Origin: Macrostomum lignano
Lineage: Eukaryota
Direction of reading: 5' to 3'
Length of the DNA stretch: 64,000 nt
Assembly (NCBI GenBank): GCA_002269645.1
Contig: NIVC01000631.1
Location: forward strand, 1-64,000
A model generated the notes under the pieces. It was not told the DNA's origin, searched no databases, and worked only from the letters and a program-made list of their open reading frames with translations. Positions 24,860-35,586 of the stretch are shown here, one piece after another (position 1 is the first letter of the stretch; each line of letters begins with the position of its first letter). A program made the translations under genes and the position numbers.

Positions 24860-27006
24860 ATAGCATTATCGATTAATCACCCGATCAACGAATCACCCGA
24901 TCAGCTAATCATCTAGTCAACTAATCACACGATTAACTAATTGCCCGATCAACTAATTGCCCGATCAACTAATTACCCCATCAATTAATCACCCGATCAA
25001 CTAATTATCCGATCAACTAATCACCTGATCAACTAATTACCCGATCAACTAATCACCTGATCAACTAATTACCCGATCAACTAATTATCTGTTTAACTAA
25101 TCATCTAGTCAACTAATCACCCGATCAACTAATCACCCGATCAACTAATCATCCGATCAACTAATCACCCGATCAACTAATCACCCGATCAACTAATCAT
25201 CCGATCAACCAATCACCCGATCAACTAATTATCTGTTTAACTAATCATCTAGTCAAATAATCACCCGATCAACTAATCACCCGATCAACTAATCATCCGA
25301 TCAACTAATCACCCGATCAACTAATCACCCGATCAACTAATCATCCGATCAACCAATCACCCGATCAACTAATTATCTGTTTAACTAATCATCTAGTCAA
25401 ATAATCACCCGATCAACTAATCACCCGATCAACTAATCACCCGATCAACTAATCACCCGATCAACTAATCACCCGATCAACTAATCACCCGATCAACTAA
25501 TCACCTGATCAACTAATTACCCGATCAACTAATTATCTGTTTAACTAATCATCTAGTCAAATAATTACCCGATCAACTAATCACCCGATCAACTAATCAC
25601 CCGATCAACTAATCATCCGATTAACTAATCACCCGATCAACTAATCACCCGATCAACTAATCACCCGATCAACTAATTACCCGATCAACTAATCACCCGA
25701 TCAACTAATTACCCGATCAACTAATTATCTGTTTAACTAATCATCTAGTCAAATAATCACCCGATCAACTAATCACCCGATCAACTAATCATCCGATCAA
25801 CTAATCACCCGATCAACTAATCACCCGATCAACTAATCATCCGATCAACCAATCACCCGATCAACTAATTATCTGTTTAACTAATCATCTAGTCAAATAA
25901 TCACCCGATCAACTAATCACCCGATCAACTAATCACCCGATCAACTAATCACCCGATCAACTAATTACCCGATCAACTAATTACCCGATCAACTAATTAC
26001 CCGATCAACTAATTACCCGATCAACTAATCACCCGATCAACTAATCACCCGATCAACTAATTACCCGATCAACTAATTACCGATCAACTAATTACCCGAT
26101 CAACTAATTACCCGATCAACTAATCACCCGATCAACTAATCACCCGATCAACTAATCACCCGATCAACTAATCACCCGATCAACTAATCACCTGATCAAC
26201 TAATTACCCGATCAACTAATTATCTGTTTAACTAATCATCTAGTCAAATAATTACCCGATCAACTAATCACCCGATCAACTAATCACCCGATCAACTAAT
26301 CATCCGATTAACTAATCACCCGATCAACTAATCACCCGATCAACTAATCACCCGATCAACTAATTACCCGATCAACTAATCACCCGATCAACTAATTACC
26401 CGATCAACTAATTATCTGTTTAACTAATCATCTAGTCAAATAATCACCCGATCAACTAATCACCCGATCAACTAATCATCCGATCAACTAATCACCCGAT
26501 CAACTAATCACCCGATCAACTAATCATCCGATCAACCAATCACCCGATCAACTAATTACCCGATCAACTAATTACCCGATCAACTAATTACCCGATCAAC
26601 TAATTACCCGATCAACTAATCACCCGATCAACTAATCACCCGATCAACTAATCACCCGATCAACTAATTACCCGATCAACTAATTACCCGATCAACTAAT
26701 CACCCGATCAACTAATCACCCGATCAACTAATCACCCGATCAACTAATCACCCGATCAACTAATCACCCGATCAACTAATCACCCGATCAACTAATTACC
26801 CGATCAACTAATTATCTGTTTAACTAATCATCTAGTCAACTAATCACCCGATCAACTAATCACCCGATCAACTAATCACCCGATCAACTAATCACCCGAT
26901 CAACTAATCACCCGATCAACTAATTATCTGTTTAACTAATCATCTAGTCAACTAATCACCCGATCAACTAATCACCCGATCAACTAATCAACCGATCAAC
27001 TAATCA
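24860..27006. repeat. Intronic satellite, 16-bp unit (CCGATCAACTAATCAC) with recurring ~33-bp variant blocks
   Basis: About 130 units filling intron 24838-27053; the block tatctgtttaactaatcatctagtcaa recurs, giving higher-order structure. Confidence 0.95.
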
Positions 27007-27053
27007 AGCAATTTCCAGCGCTCAGAATCAGTCACAAATCCATAGCGAGTCAC

Positions 27054-27210
27054 CTTGGTGTGGTAAATCTCGGGATTCGCGGTTGCATTGGGCGCCAGCC
27101 AGGTCCTGTTGAGATCCACCACGGCTAGGGAGCAGCGGTGATTGCCGTTGATCACTCCGTCGGGATTCAGCATTGGAGCGATTTTAAACACAAATCGACT
27201 GCGAAGGGTC
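27054..27210 (-). CDS. AGTPBP1: AGTPBP1 exon (M14 PMLNPDG...DLNR)
   Basis: [37 protein letters not shown]...IYHTK; aaacag| and AAG|gtgact. Confidence 0.95.
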
Positions 27211-27330
27211 CTGTTTGTGGGTCGGGGAATCGATCAGCAATCCGAAAAACTTGAAGGTTTCTCCTATTATAATGCATGCGTTTTATAGTAATTTTTAGCT
27301 ATTAATAACGAGTAACACACGCGGCACTGT

Positions 27331-27433
27331 TATCCCTATGGTCTTTGTACACCAATAGACATCCGCTATCCCTATGGTCTTTTTACACCAATAGACATCC
27401 GCTGTCCCTATGGTCTTTGTACACCAATAGACA
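27331..27433. repeat. 36-bp tandem repeat x3
   Basis: tatccctatggtctttgtacaccaatagacatccgc. Confidence 0.9.
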
Positions 27434-27469
27434 ACTGGCACAGACCGATAGCTAAGCCAAACATTTCAC

Positions 27470-28288
27470 CTGGCAGCGGAGCTGAGCAGGTGGGCTACCA
27501 GGCCGCGCACAACCCAGCTGGCGTTGGCCTCGCCCGGATGCACCCGGCCGCTGATGAAGACGCACGGTCGCTGCTGCCGCGGCTCCTCGCTAGCTGACGC
27601 CGCGGTCACAGTCAGCAATGGCAGGCGGTTGCCGCCAAGCGACTGGCACAGCCACTGCTGATGATAAGCGATGCTGGCGTCCCGGCTGGCAAGGAGTCGC
27701 CAGTCGCGCAGGTCAGCCATCAGCCTGGAGTAGGTGTACGGCACATAGTAAGCCAAATAGCAGATATCGCCAGAGTGCCGGAATGCAATAGAAAACGATG
27801 CGGTGTAGTAAGGCTTAGTGCCGGCCTGCTTAGCGCGCTGGTAGTGGTTGCGATAGTAGCAGACTCGAGTGCCGACTCGCAACCAGTGCGGCCTGCCCAG
27901 CTGGGCCTCCCTGCTGCTGTACATCAGCGGCCGCATGCCGCAATTGAACTGCGAGTTGGGCTTCTCGCAGTTGATAACGTTGAAACGATAGGCTGCCCCG
28001 GGCTGGACGTTGGCCAAGCGGAAGTAGAACCACTGCGTCTGGCCTCGGTGGCCAATGTCCGGGCACAGCAGCAGGTCGTATTCGCGTTCCCGGATCTGGA
28101 TGGCTCGACGCAGATTGCCAGACTCGAAGCGCGACTCAAATGTCAGGTGATCAACTGAGCCAGAGCCTATTGGGGACAGTTTCTCATCGCTGGCTGGTGG
28201 AGGCGGCTGGTGCTGCTGGTGCTGCTCAGCAACAATGGCATCAAGGTCGTAGACAACTCGGTTCAACACGTCGGACGGGTCGATCCAC
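27470..28288 (-). CDS. AGTPBP1: AGTPBP1 exon (CCP N-domain and RVHPGE Zn motif)
   Basis: WIDPSDVLNRVVYDLD...FESRFESGNL...QWFYF...LAYYVPYTYS...SGRVHPGEANASW; phases match both neighbours. Confidence 0.97.
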
Positions 28289-28429
28289 CTGGTCAGAAGC
28301 AGGTCGAGATGAGTGAATGCATATGTACCTTAATGAGCAGTGAAATTGGGATCTTTTGTCTCAATACAAAATATAGAGATGTCAATTCAAAGAGCGGGGA
28401 TGCCTATTTAAAGTGTAGGAAAGACAGAT

Positions 28430-29340
28430 ACACTGGTTCAATAAGCGGAGATGCCGATCCTTAAGCGGAGATGCAGATTCATTAAGCGGAGATGCAGATT
28501 CATTAAGCGGAGATGCCAATTCATTAAGCGGAGATGCCAATTCATTAAGCGGAGATGCAGATTCATCAAGCGGAGATGCAAATTCATTAAGCGGAGATGC
28601 CAATTCATTAAGCGGAGATGCCAATTCATTAAGCGGAGATGCCAATTCATTAAGCGGAGGATGCCAGTACATCAAGCGGAGATGCCGATTCATTAAGCGG
28701 AGGATGCCAGTACATCAAGCGGAGATGCCGATTCATTAAGCGGAGATGCCGATTCATTAAGCGGAGATGCAAATTCATTAAGCGGAGGATGCCAGTACAT
28801 CAAGCGGAGATGCCGATTCATTAAGCGGAGATGCCGATTCATTAAACGGAGATGCAGATTCAACAAACAGAGATACCGATTCAACAAGCAGAGAAACCGA
28901 TTCAACAAACAGAGATACCGATTCAACAAGCAGAGAAACCGATTCAACAAACAGAGATACCGATTCAACAAACAGAGAAACCGATTCAACAAACAGAGAT
29001 ACCGATTCAACAAACAGAGAAACCGATTCAACAAGCAGAGATACCGATTCAACAAACAGAGATACCGATTCAACAAGCAGAGAAACCGATTCAACAAACA
29101 GAGATACCGATTCAACAAACAGAGAAACCGATTCAACAAGCAGAGATACCGATTCAACAAACAGAGATACCGATTCAACAAACAGAGATACCGATTCAAC
29201 AAACAGAGATACCGATTCAACAAACAGAGAAACCGATTCAACAAGCAGAGATACCGATTCAACAAACAGAGATACCGATTCAACAAACAGAGATACCGAT
29301 TCAACAAACAGAGATACCGATTCAACAAGCAGAGATACGG
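28430..29340. repeat. Two adjacent, related 21-bp minisatellites (GCGGAGATGCCRATTCATTAA then ACAGAGATACCGATTCAACAA)
   Basis: Switch at ~28850; both units share the core GAGATRCCGATTCA. Confidence 0.95.
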
Positions 29341-29402
29341 ATTTAATAAGCAGAGAAGTCAATTAGCAACCTAAGTTTCTACTAAGAAGTTATCAAGCCA
29401 AC

Positions 29403-30760
29403 CTTCTAGCATCGTCAAGCATCAGCTCCATGGCGCATTCGCTTCGCCGAGTGCCGCAAGGCTCCCGATGCGGCGGCGGACTGACGCTGACCAGCTCCGG
29501 GCCAGCCGTGATGGCGAACTCCGCTACCGACCGGACGGCGGCTGCAGCTGGTGCAGGCGCTGCTGAAGTCGTCGCTGGCGATGGCTCCGGCCAGCCGCCG
29601 ATGCTGCGGCTGCGAGCGAACGGTTGAGCAGCGGCCGGAGCCAGCAGAGCCGACGTGGCCGACACAGACAGACGGCCGCCAATCTCAGTGGCCGACGCTG
29701 GCTCTGTCGGCTGTCCGAGGGCCAGCCCGTCCAGACTGGGCAGGCTTGGCGACGGCGTCAGTGGCGCAGTCGACGCCGGACAGCAGGTGCAGCAGTCGGA
29801 CAGCTCGGGCTCCAAGTGGCCGTAGGCGGCGCGAAGCTCCTCGGCTGAGCGCGGATCCGCGCCTCCGACAGCCGCATCGTCGGCAAATTCGTCAGACGGC
29901 TGCTGTTGCTTCTGAACGTCGGCATCGTCCGAACTGTCGTCCTCGTCGCTGTTGACAGCGGCAGCAGCAGCCCCGGCGGCGGCGTCTGCTGAATCGTCCG
30001 ACGCAACTGCGACTGCGGCTGCGGCGGAGCTGGTGGAGCTGACCAGCAGTTGGAGCAGCGCCGGTGTGTAAGGCGACAGCAGGCTGGGCGCCGGCAGGCA
30101 TGCGCGGGGCGCGCTCTGACGCAGAATTATACAGGCGCCAGCGTTGAGGAGCTCGCCAGCTGAGGAGGCCGGGCCGGCCAAGCAGTGGCGGTAGAGGCTG
30201 GCCGGCCCGCCGGCCGAATGGAATGCAGCCCGGCCAGCCTTGCTGGCAGTGACATTGCGCAGGGTGTGGACAATCGCTCGCAACAGATAAGTGCGTTGCT
30301 GTTGCTGCCGCTGACGTGCGCTGGCAGAAGCGGCCGCCGTTGTAACCACAGAGGCATTCAGCAGCTCCACCAGCGTAGCCGCTGCGCCGCCAGTGATGGC
30401 GCGACTGGCATTGGCGCGCGCCCGGGTCAACTGGCTGAGCGCCTCCGCTGCGCGCCGCGCCGGACCGCCAGGCAGAGGCTGGCGCCGACCCGCGGCAGCT
30501 GCTGATGCGCCAGTGCTGGCGCCGCCAACACCGCGATGACTCTCGGACAGCAGGCGAAGTAGCAGCTGGACGGCGCCGTGTCGGCCAAGGCTGGTCGAGC
30601 TCTGCCGGCTGAGGGCGTAGGCGCGCAACAGCCGCAGGAGGCTCTCGGCGCCCCGAGTGGACAGTCCGTGGCGCAGGAGGCTCAGTACCACCGGGGCGCA
30701 CTGGCACAGCCTGGCTTTGGTGGCCAGCCGTTTGTCTTTGGGCGCCAGCTTGGCGAGAAC
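29403..30760 (-). CDS. AGTPBP1: AGTPBP1 large exon (armadillo-like N-terminal region and low-complexity linker)
   Basis: VLAKLAPKDKRLATKARL...SLGRHGAVQLLLRLL resembles CCP1 ILAKIGPKDKKFGVKAR...SLGKNGVVELMFKII; ctctcag| and AG|gttggc. Confidence 0.9.
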
Positions 30761-31029
30761 CTGAGAGTTGAGTAGATTAGACCAGCTTTTGTATATTTGT
30801 ACTTATATGTGTTAGTCTATATGTTTGTCTATACAACTATTATACCTGGCATTTTCTTGATACTTTACTTACATAAAAAAATAGCAGACTATTGCGTGCA
30901 TAAAATCAATCATAAAGAACTTTTATTTGATGCTCTACTAACAGTAGAAAGATTGGGGAAATACGACAACAATAAAAACAAAGAAAATTTGTTGAATTAC
31001 TGCCCCAGGTAAAAATATTATATCTTAAT

Positions 31030-31180
31030 TGGTCACAACATCTGAAGGCTGCGCACGGCTGCTCAGTCCAGGGGGGGGGGGGCTTGCTCAAGGACACAAA
31101 TTGTGCCAGTGGGATCGGGAATCGAACACCCGACCTTCAAGTCGTGAGTCCGACGCTCTAACCACACCGGTTCGCTGACC
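31030..31180 (-). mobile_element. tRNA-derived SINE fragment with a V-domain-like GTGTCCTTGAGCAAG segment
   Basis: Minus strand: GGTGTGGTTAGAGCG (A box), GGTGTTCGATTCCCG (B box), then gtgtccttgagcaag. Confidence 0.75.
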
Positions 31181-31259
31181 GTGAGTCAATTTCAATTAAA
31201 TATAATCTCAATCGTGGTGTTTAAGCCTGAGGAATCGCTTCTCTATTTGCAATGCTCAC

Positions 31260-31516
31260 CAGGTGCAACTGCAGCAGCAGAGCCTCATTGGGCGTAGGGG
31301 ACCGCCACTCCGATGCAATCGCCTGGCACACAGCCTGAGTGCCGCCCAGTTTAACAAAGATTCGCGCACGTTGGCCACTCTTTGTCTGACCGAGCAGCTC
31401 CAGTATGCAACTGACGGTGGCCAGGTGCACCTCCCGGTCTGACACTGTCTGCAGGGTGAGTACCAGGCTCTGAGCATAGTTCGCCTTCCGTAGCAGTGAA
31501 TCTCTGTGAAGTTTTT
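31260..31516 (-). CDS. AGTPBP1: AGTPBP1 exon
   Basis: (E)KLHRDSLLRK...TVSDREVHLATVSCILELLGQTKSGQRARIFVKLGGTQAV...LLLQLHL; ttttag| and CTG|gtgagc. Confidence 0.85.
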
Positions 31517-31660
31517 CTAAAATTTAGCGTCGAAAAGCAATACCTTTTAAAAAATTGCTCTTCCAAATTTCTACATCATCTGTTGGTCCATAGATTGGGG
31601 CATTAAATCACTGAGAGCATTCTAATAGACAGAAAAACAAATGATTATAATTTAACAAAC

Positions 31661-31794
31661 CTCGAGCTTGCAGTGCCTGTTGCAGCTTGGACACTACTCC
31701 ACGCACATGAGCAACTTCTTCAGCCTTTGTTTTGAACTGGGATGTTGTTTTGTGAAACTTGACTAGTGCATCAAAGTGTGTTGTGACTTTACCC
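31661..31794 (-). CDS. AGTPBP1: Probable AGTPBP1 N-terminal exon (start codon lies upstream, not located)
   Basis: GKVTTHFDALVK...VVSKLQQALQAR joins in frame to EKLHRD, paralleling CCP1 SKILHLAQSQEKTRRE; tattag| and G|gtttgt. Confidence 0.65.
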
Positions 31795-33707
31795 CTAATA
31801 TAGAATAGTTGGAAAAAGTATTTTATTGTTAAGTATTTATTCTAAATAAAAAGTACAAGGAAAAAACTCACAGGTCCATGGTGAATAGCTTGCTGTTTTT
31901 TTAAATCTTTTGCCTATATTTCAAGCTGCAACTAAAGGTTTTCATGAATTCTTTTATTTAATGAATTAAACATAGCATTAGAAAAACTTTCAAGGTAAAA
32001 CTCAAATCAAACTTTTGATTCTAAAAAACAATAGTGCTATATTCAGATTGTATGTCTAAAAATTGTAATTTGTTGCAATATTCAACTTTGCCAGCACACT
32101 TCTATATATTTAAATCATATACTAACTTTGGATATCATGGGATATTATTAATTTAGACTCATTTCTCTTATAATACACTATCTACATTTTATATATAGCA
32201 GTATGCATACCGAAATATTACTTTGAATTCCATAAATAAAAAGGCATAAAATTGTAATTTAAAATGAGAATATTACTTTTATTTACTTTAATCTCCAGTT
32301 TACTCTTGCAATTCGACTTACAAGAAGCAACAGATTATGACCTGTAGGGAAATAACCTATGGCCCTATTTTTTGTTTTATGTCCTAGCACATAAAGTACT
32401 AGAAAGAATTTTTTCGAAAACTAAGCCAAAATAAAACGTCAAAAATTCATAAAACCAGCTATCTCTCTCTCAGGGTGAAAAATTCTAAAAGATGCTATTA
32501 AATATCATAAAATTTTGATAGTCTATCGGTTAAATTTAAACTAAAACTAACAAGATGATAAATAAAAATTGAAACCACCACGATAACTAACTCATTAACA
32601 GACTTGAGGGTTAACTCCTAACTAACTGTACGCCAACTTCGAAGAAATAGCGTGCAACCAATCCATCTTGAATCCGACACCAACAACTCAGGCACGCTCA
32701 TTCAAAAACCATTAAAACAAATGTGATAATGCGGTACATTACCTGAAATTTGCATTAAGGACTGACAATGTAGAAATACAAAAGCATTTTTGTAGCACTA
32801 AAATCAGGCTCTGTATTCCCAACATATTTTGTGCTCCTTCTATTTCTGTATTTGGAGTTAGTCCACGAATTCGAAAGACATAATCATAGTCATATACATG
32901 TATGTCTTTCGAATGTCATGTGATATGCATGTAGGATTTTGGAAAGGGTGGGTATAACTCCGATTCGGATTTGATAGTAAATAGATTGCTGTTCAAATTT
33001 TGCACTATGGCAGCTATTTTGCTCCGCGGACCCGAACACGCGGTGCGCGCTCTATATGGGGTTGCTCGATCATTTGCGACAAACATTACTTCAATTGTCC
33101 ACTATTGTAACGAATGAAGTAATCTGAGTAAAGTGGCTTAAACATAATGTACCATGGAAATATCTAATATTATACAGTGTTTCTTCGAAACCTATACTCC
33201 CTTAAAAATTGATTCATCATGATGCACTTGAAAGGCCAAAAACTACATGTACAGGTATACATGTATGTTTCTGTAAATACGATTATGTTGAAAGTAAATA
33301 TATTAGTAAGTATAGCTTGCATGTACATTCACGTTTGGGATATGTGAATTGTGAATCTATACGTGCGAAGGCACATCCATGGCTATCATGATGTTATATC
33401 ATGTGTTTCAAAAGTTCATGCTTTCTTATAGAAAAAAATCTAATTCAGTTTTACATGTAAAAAGTTAATAACACCTATACATGTATTGGATAGGACTTAT
33501 AATTCTTTCTTCCGGTCTATATAAATGTATTTAATTATTTGCTTAAACACTTTCAATCCGCTTCACCAAGACAGCTATAGCGATAGGATTTCGCGAATAA
33601 ACAAGTCGAGAAAACTCGAGTAAAATTTAGGTGCAAAGATTTTCTAGGTTCCAATTATAAAAGTGCAGCAACTGTCCAATAAGAATTACTACTACCCAGC
33701 GGACCAA

Positions 33708-34064
33708 TCAATCAGAGGTTCTCAAGAAGAAGCAGACGGCACAGCAGCAGCCGTCAGCATTGAGGCCGCAGGCTTCGTAGCACTGCATGGCAGTGGATCG
33801 GCAACGAAACACGCAGACACGGTACAGACCTCGCTTGGCCCGCGACATCTGGTGATGATGCAGATGCGCCTCCGTAGCGTTGGCAACAATTCGCCGCATC
33901 AGGCGCGGGTTGGCCAGCACCTTGGCCGTCTCCTCGTCCTCGATCTCCAGCGGCAGCACCGTCCGGGTGGCGGTGGGACCGTCGGAAAGCTGCTGCTGCT
34001 GGCTAACGCCGATCAGGCAGGCGGCAGCAGCGCCCAGAAGGAAGAGCAGGCAGAGAGACTTCAT
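33708..34064 (-). CDS. Intronless secreted prepro-peptide with furin site (RAKR) and 40-aa 8-Cys mature peptide; family unknown
   Basis: Hydrophobic signal MKSLCLLFLLGAAAACLIG, pro-region, RAKR|GLYRVCVFRCRSTAMQCYEACGLNADGCCCAVCFFLRTSD; GC3-rich codons against AT-rich flanks; candidate ATTAAA at 33530-33535. Confidence 0.8.
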   Translation of the reverse strand: MKSLCLLFLLGAAAACLIGVSQQQQLSDGPTATRTVLPLEIEDEETAKVLANPRLMRRIVANATEAHLHHHQMSRAKRGLYRVCVFRCRSTAMQCYEACGLNADGCCCAVCFFLRTSD

Positions 34065-35224
34065 GTCAGGTTTGAGAGCTCAAATTAAGCTTTTCAAGTA
34101 TAGTTCAATAGAGAAAGAATTAAATATTCGGATGAAGATTCTTGGAAGAGCTGCAACATGCTTCAAATATATAGACAAATTGAGCATGCGGATGTCAACA
34201 CTTATAGCTGCTTGGATCGTGAAATAATAACAGGCCAAATATGGAAATCGGAAACAAAGTTAATTTACACCATGTACACGCGTGCCAGATGTTGTCAGCT
34301 TGTTCAAGAATTGAATAAACAAACTTTGTTGTTGATCCGCCATAAAGCCTTCATGGGCGACCAAAATTAACAGTCAAGACTGTCAATAATATAGTATCAA
34401 ACTAGCGCGACTCATACAGTTGTTAAAGGAGATTCTACTTGGAATTATATGTATGAATACTTTACACACTCGCATGCATCTATTACGGGCTTAAATTTCT
34501 TATTGCGTTGAATATGAATCAATTCTACACGCGAAACACGGATATTCAAATATTAGAAAATTACAATAAATGGCTAATTGCAACTCAAGAATTCCAAAAT
34601 CGTCTTCCTAATAATAGGTACAAAAGCTATTATAATAAATGCATCAAAAATATTTTACTCCAGAATGTGATGACTCTAAAAGAGAGTCGAACATCCAATA
34701 TTCTCTTGATGAACAATTCATACATCTGAAGGCTTAACAATCTCTTTTTGAAAATACTGTTTTCTACTAGCTTTTTCGGAGGGTACAAACAAAAAACCTT
34801 TTTGTCTTAATTCGTTATTGCTCGTAAATTACTCTTATTCGTATAGTAAAATTCATGGTAGTCGTTACGTTTTGCTACGTTTTTTCCGCAACGTCCGCGA
34901 GGGTCTGCGGAGTCGCCGTGGGTGGCCATTCGTTCTATGACGGCAGTGCCTGCAGTCCTAGAGGCCCTTCATTTACCACAATGCCACTAATTTAAAGCAC
35001 CCTCGCTTTGCTGGGTTGCTAAGCAAGGCGCCACATTCACGCCCACATCTCGATGATTTCCTTGACCTTACGAGTATTTTCTCAACCGTTGAAGGCGCTC
35101 AGCAACTCAGTAAATAAGCTAGTCGAGAAATACATGTTTATAAGTACGTACGAGTACATGCAAATAGATAGTTGCGTGTAAATATATGTACAGGTAGTAA
35201 GCACATGTGACTGCCAGCAAGTTC

Positions 35225-35281
<57 letters not shown>

Positions 35282-35290
35282 GATTGATAT

Positions 35291-35353
<63 letters not shown>

Positions 35354-35354
35354 T

Positions 35355-35409
<55 letters not shown>

Positions 35410-35430
35410 TAGATAGATAGATAGATAGAT

Positions 35431-35492
<62 letters not shown>

Positions 35493-35528
35493 TGATAGAT
35501 TGATAAATAGATAGATAGATAGATAGAC

Positions 35529-35585
<57 letters not shown>
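35225..35585. repeat. (GATA)n microsatellite, left of the 272-bp array
   Basis: AGAT tetranucleotide run with few interruptions. Confidence 0.98.

Positions 35586-35586
<1 letters not shown>

Noticed and set aside
22490-29362. Long repetitive ORFs (LAILVTL, HTTGEPA, LNRYLCL, IQQTEIP and similar)
   Set aside because: They are by-products of 18/21-bp minisatellites whose unit is a multiple of 3, lying inside AGTPBP1 introns.
31517-31600. Extra CCP1 micro-exon (DDVEIWKSNFLK) with a 27-nt intron
   Set aside because: Direct splicing from 31661 to 31516 already gives a better match to CCP1, and the intron would be implausibly short.
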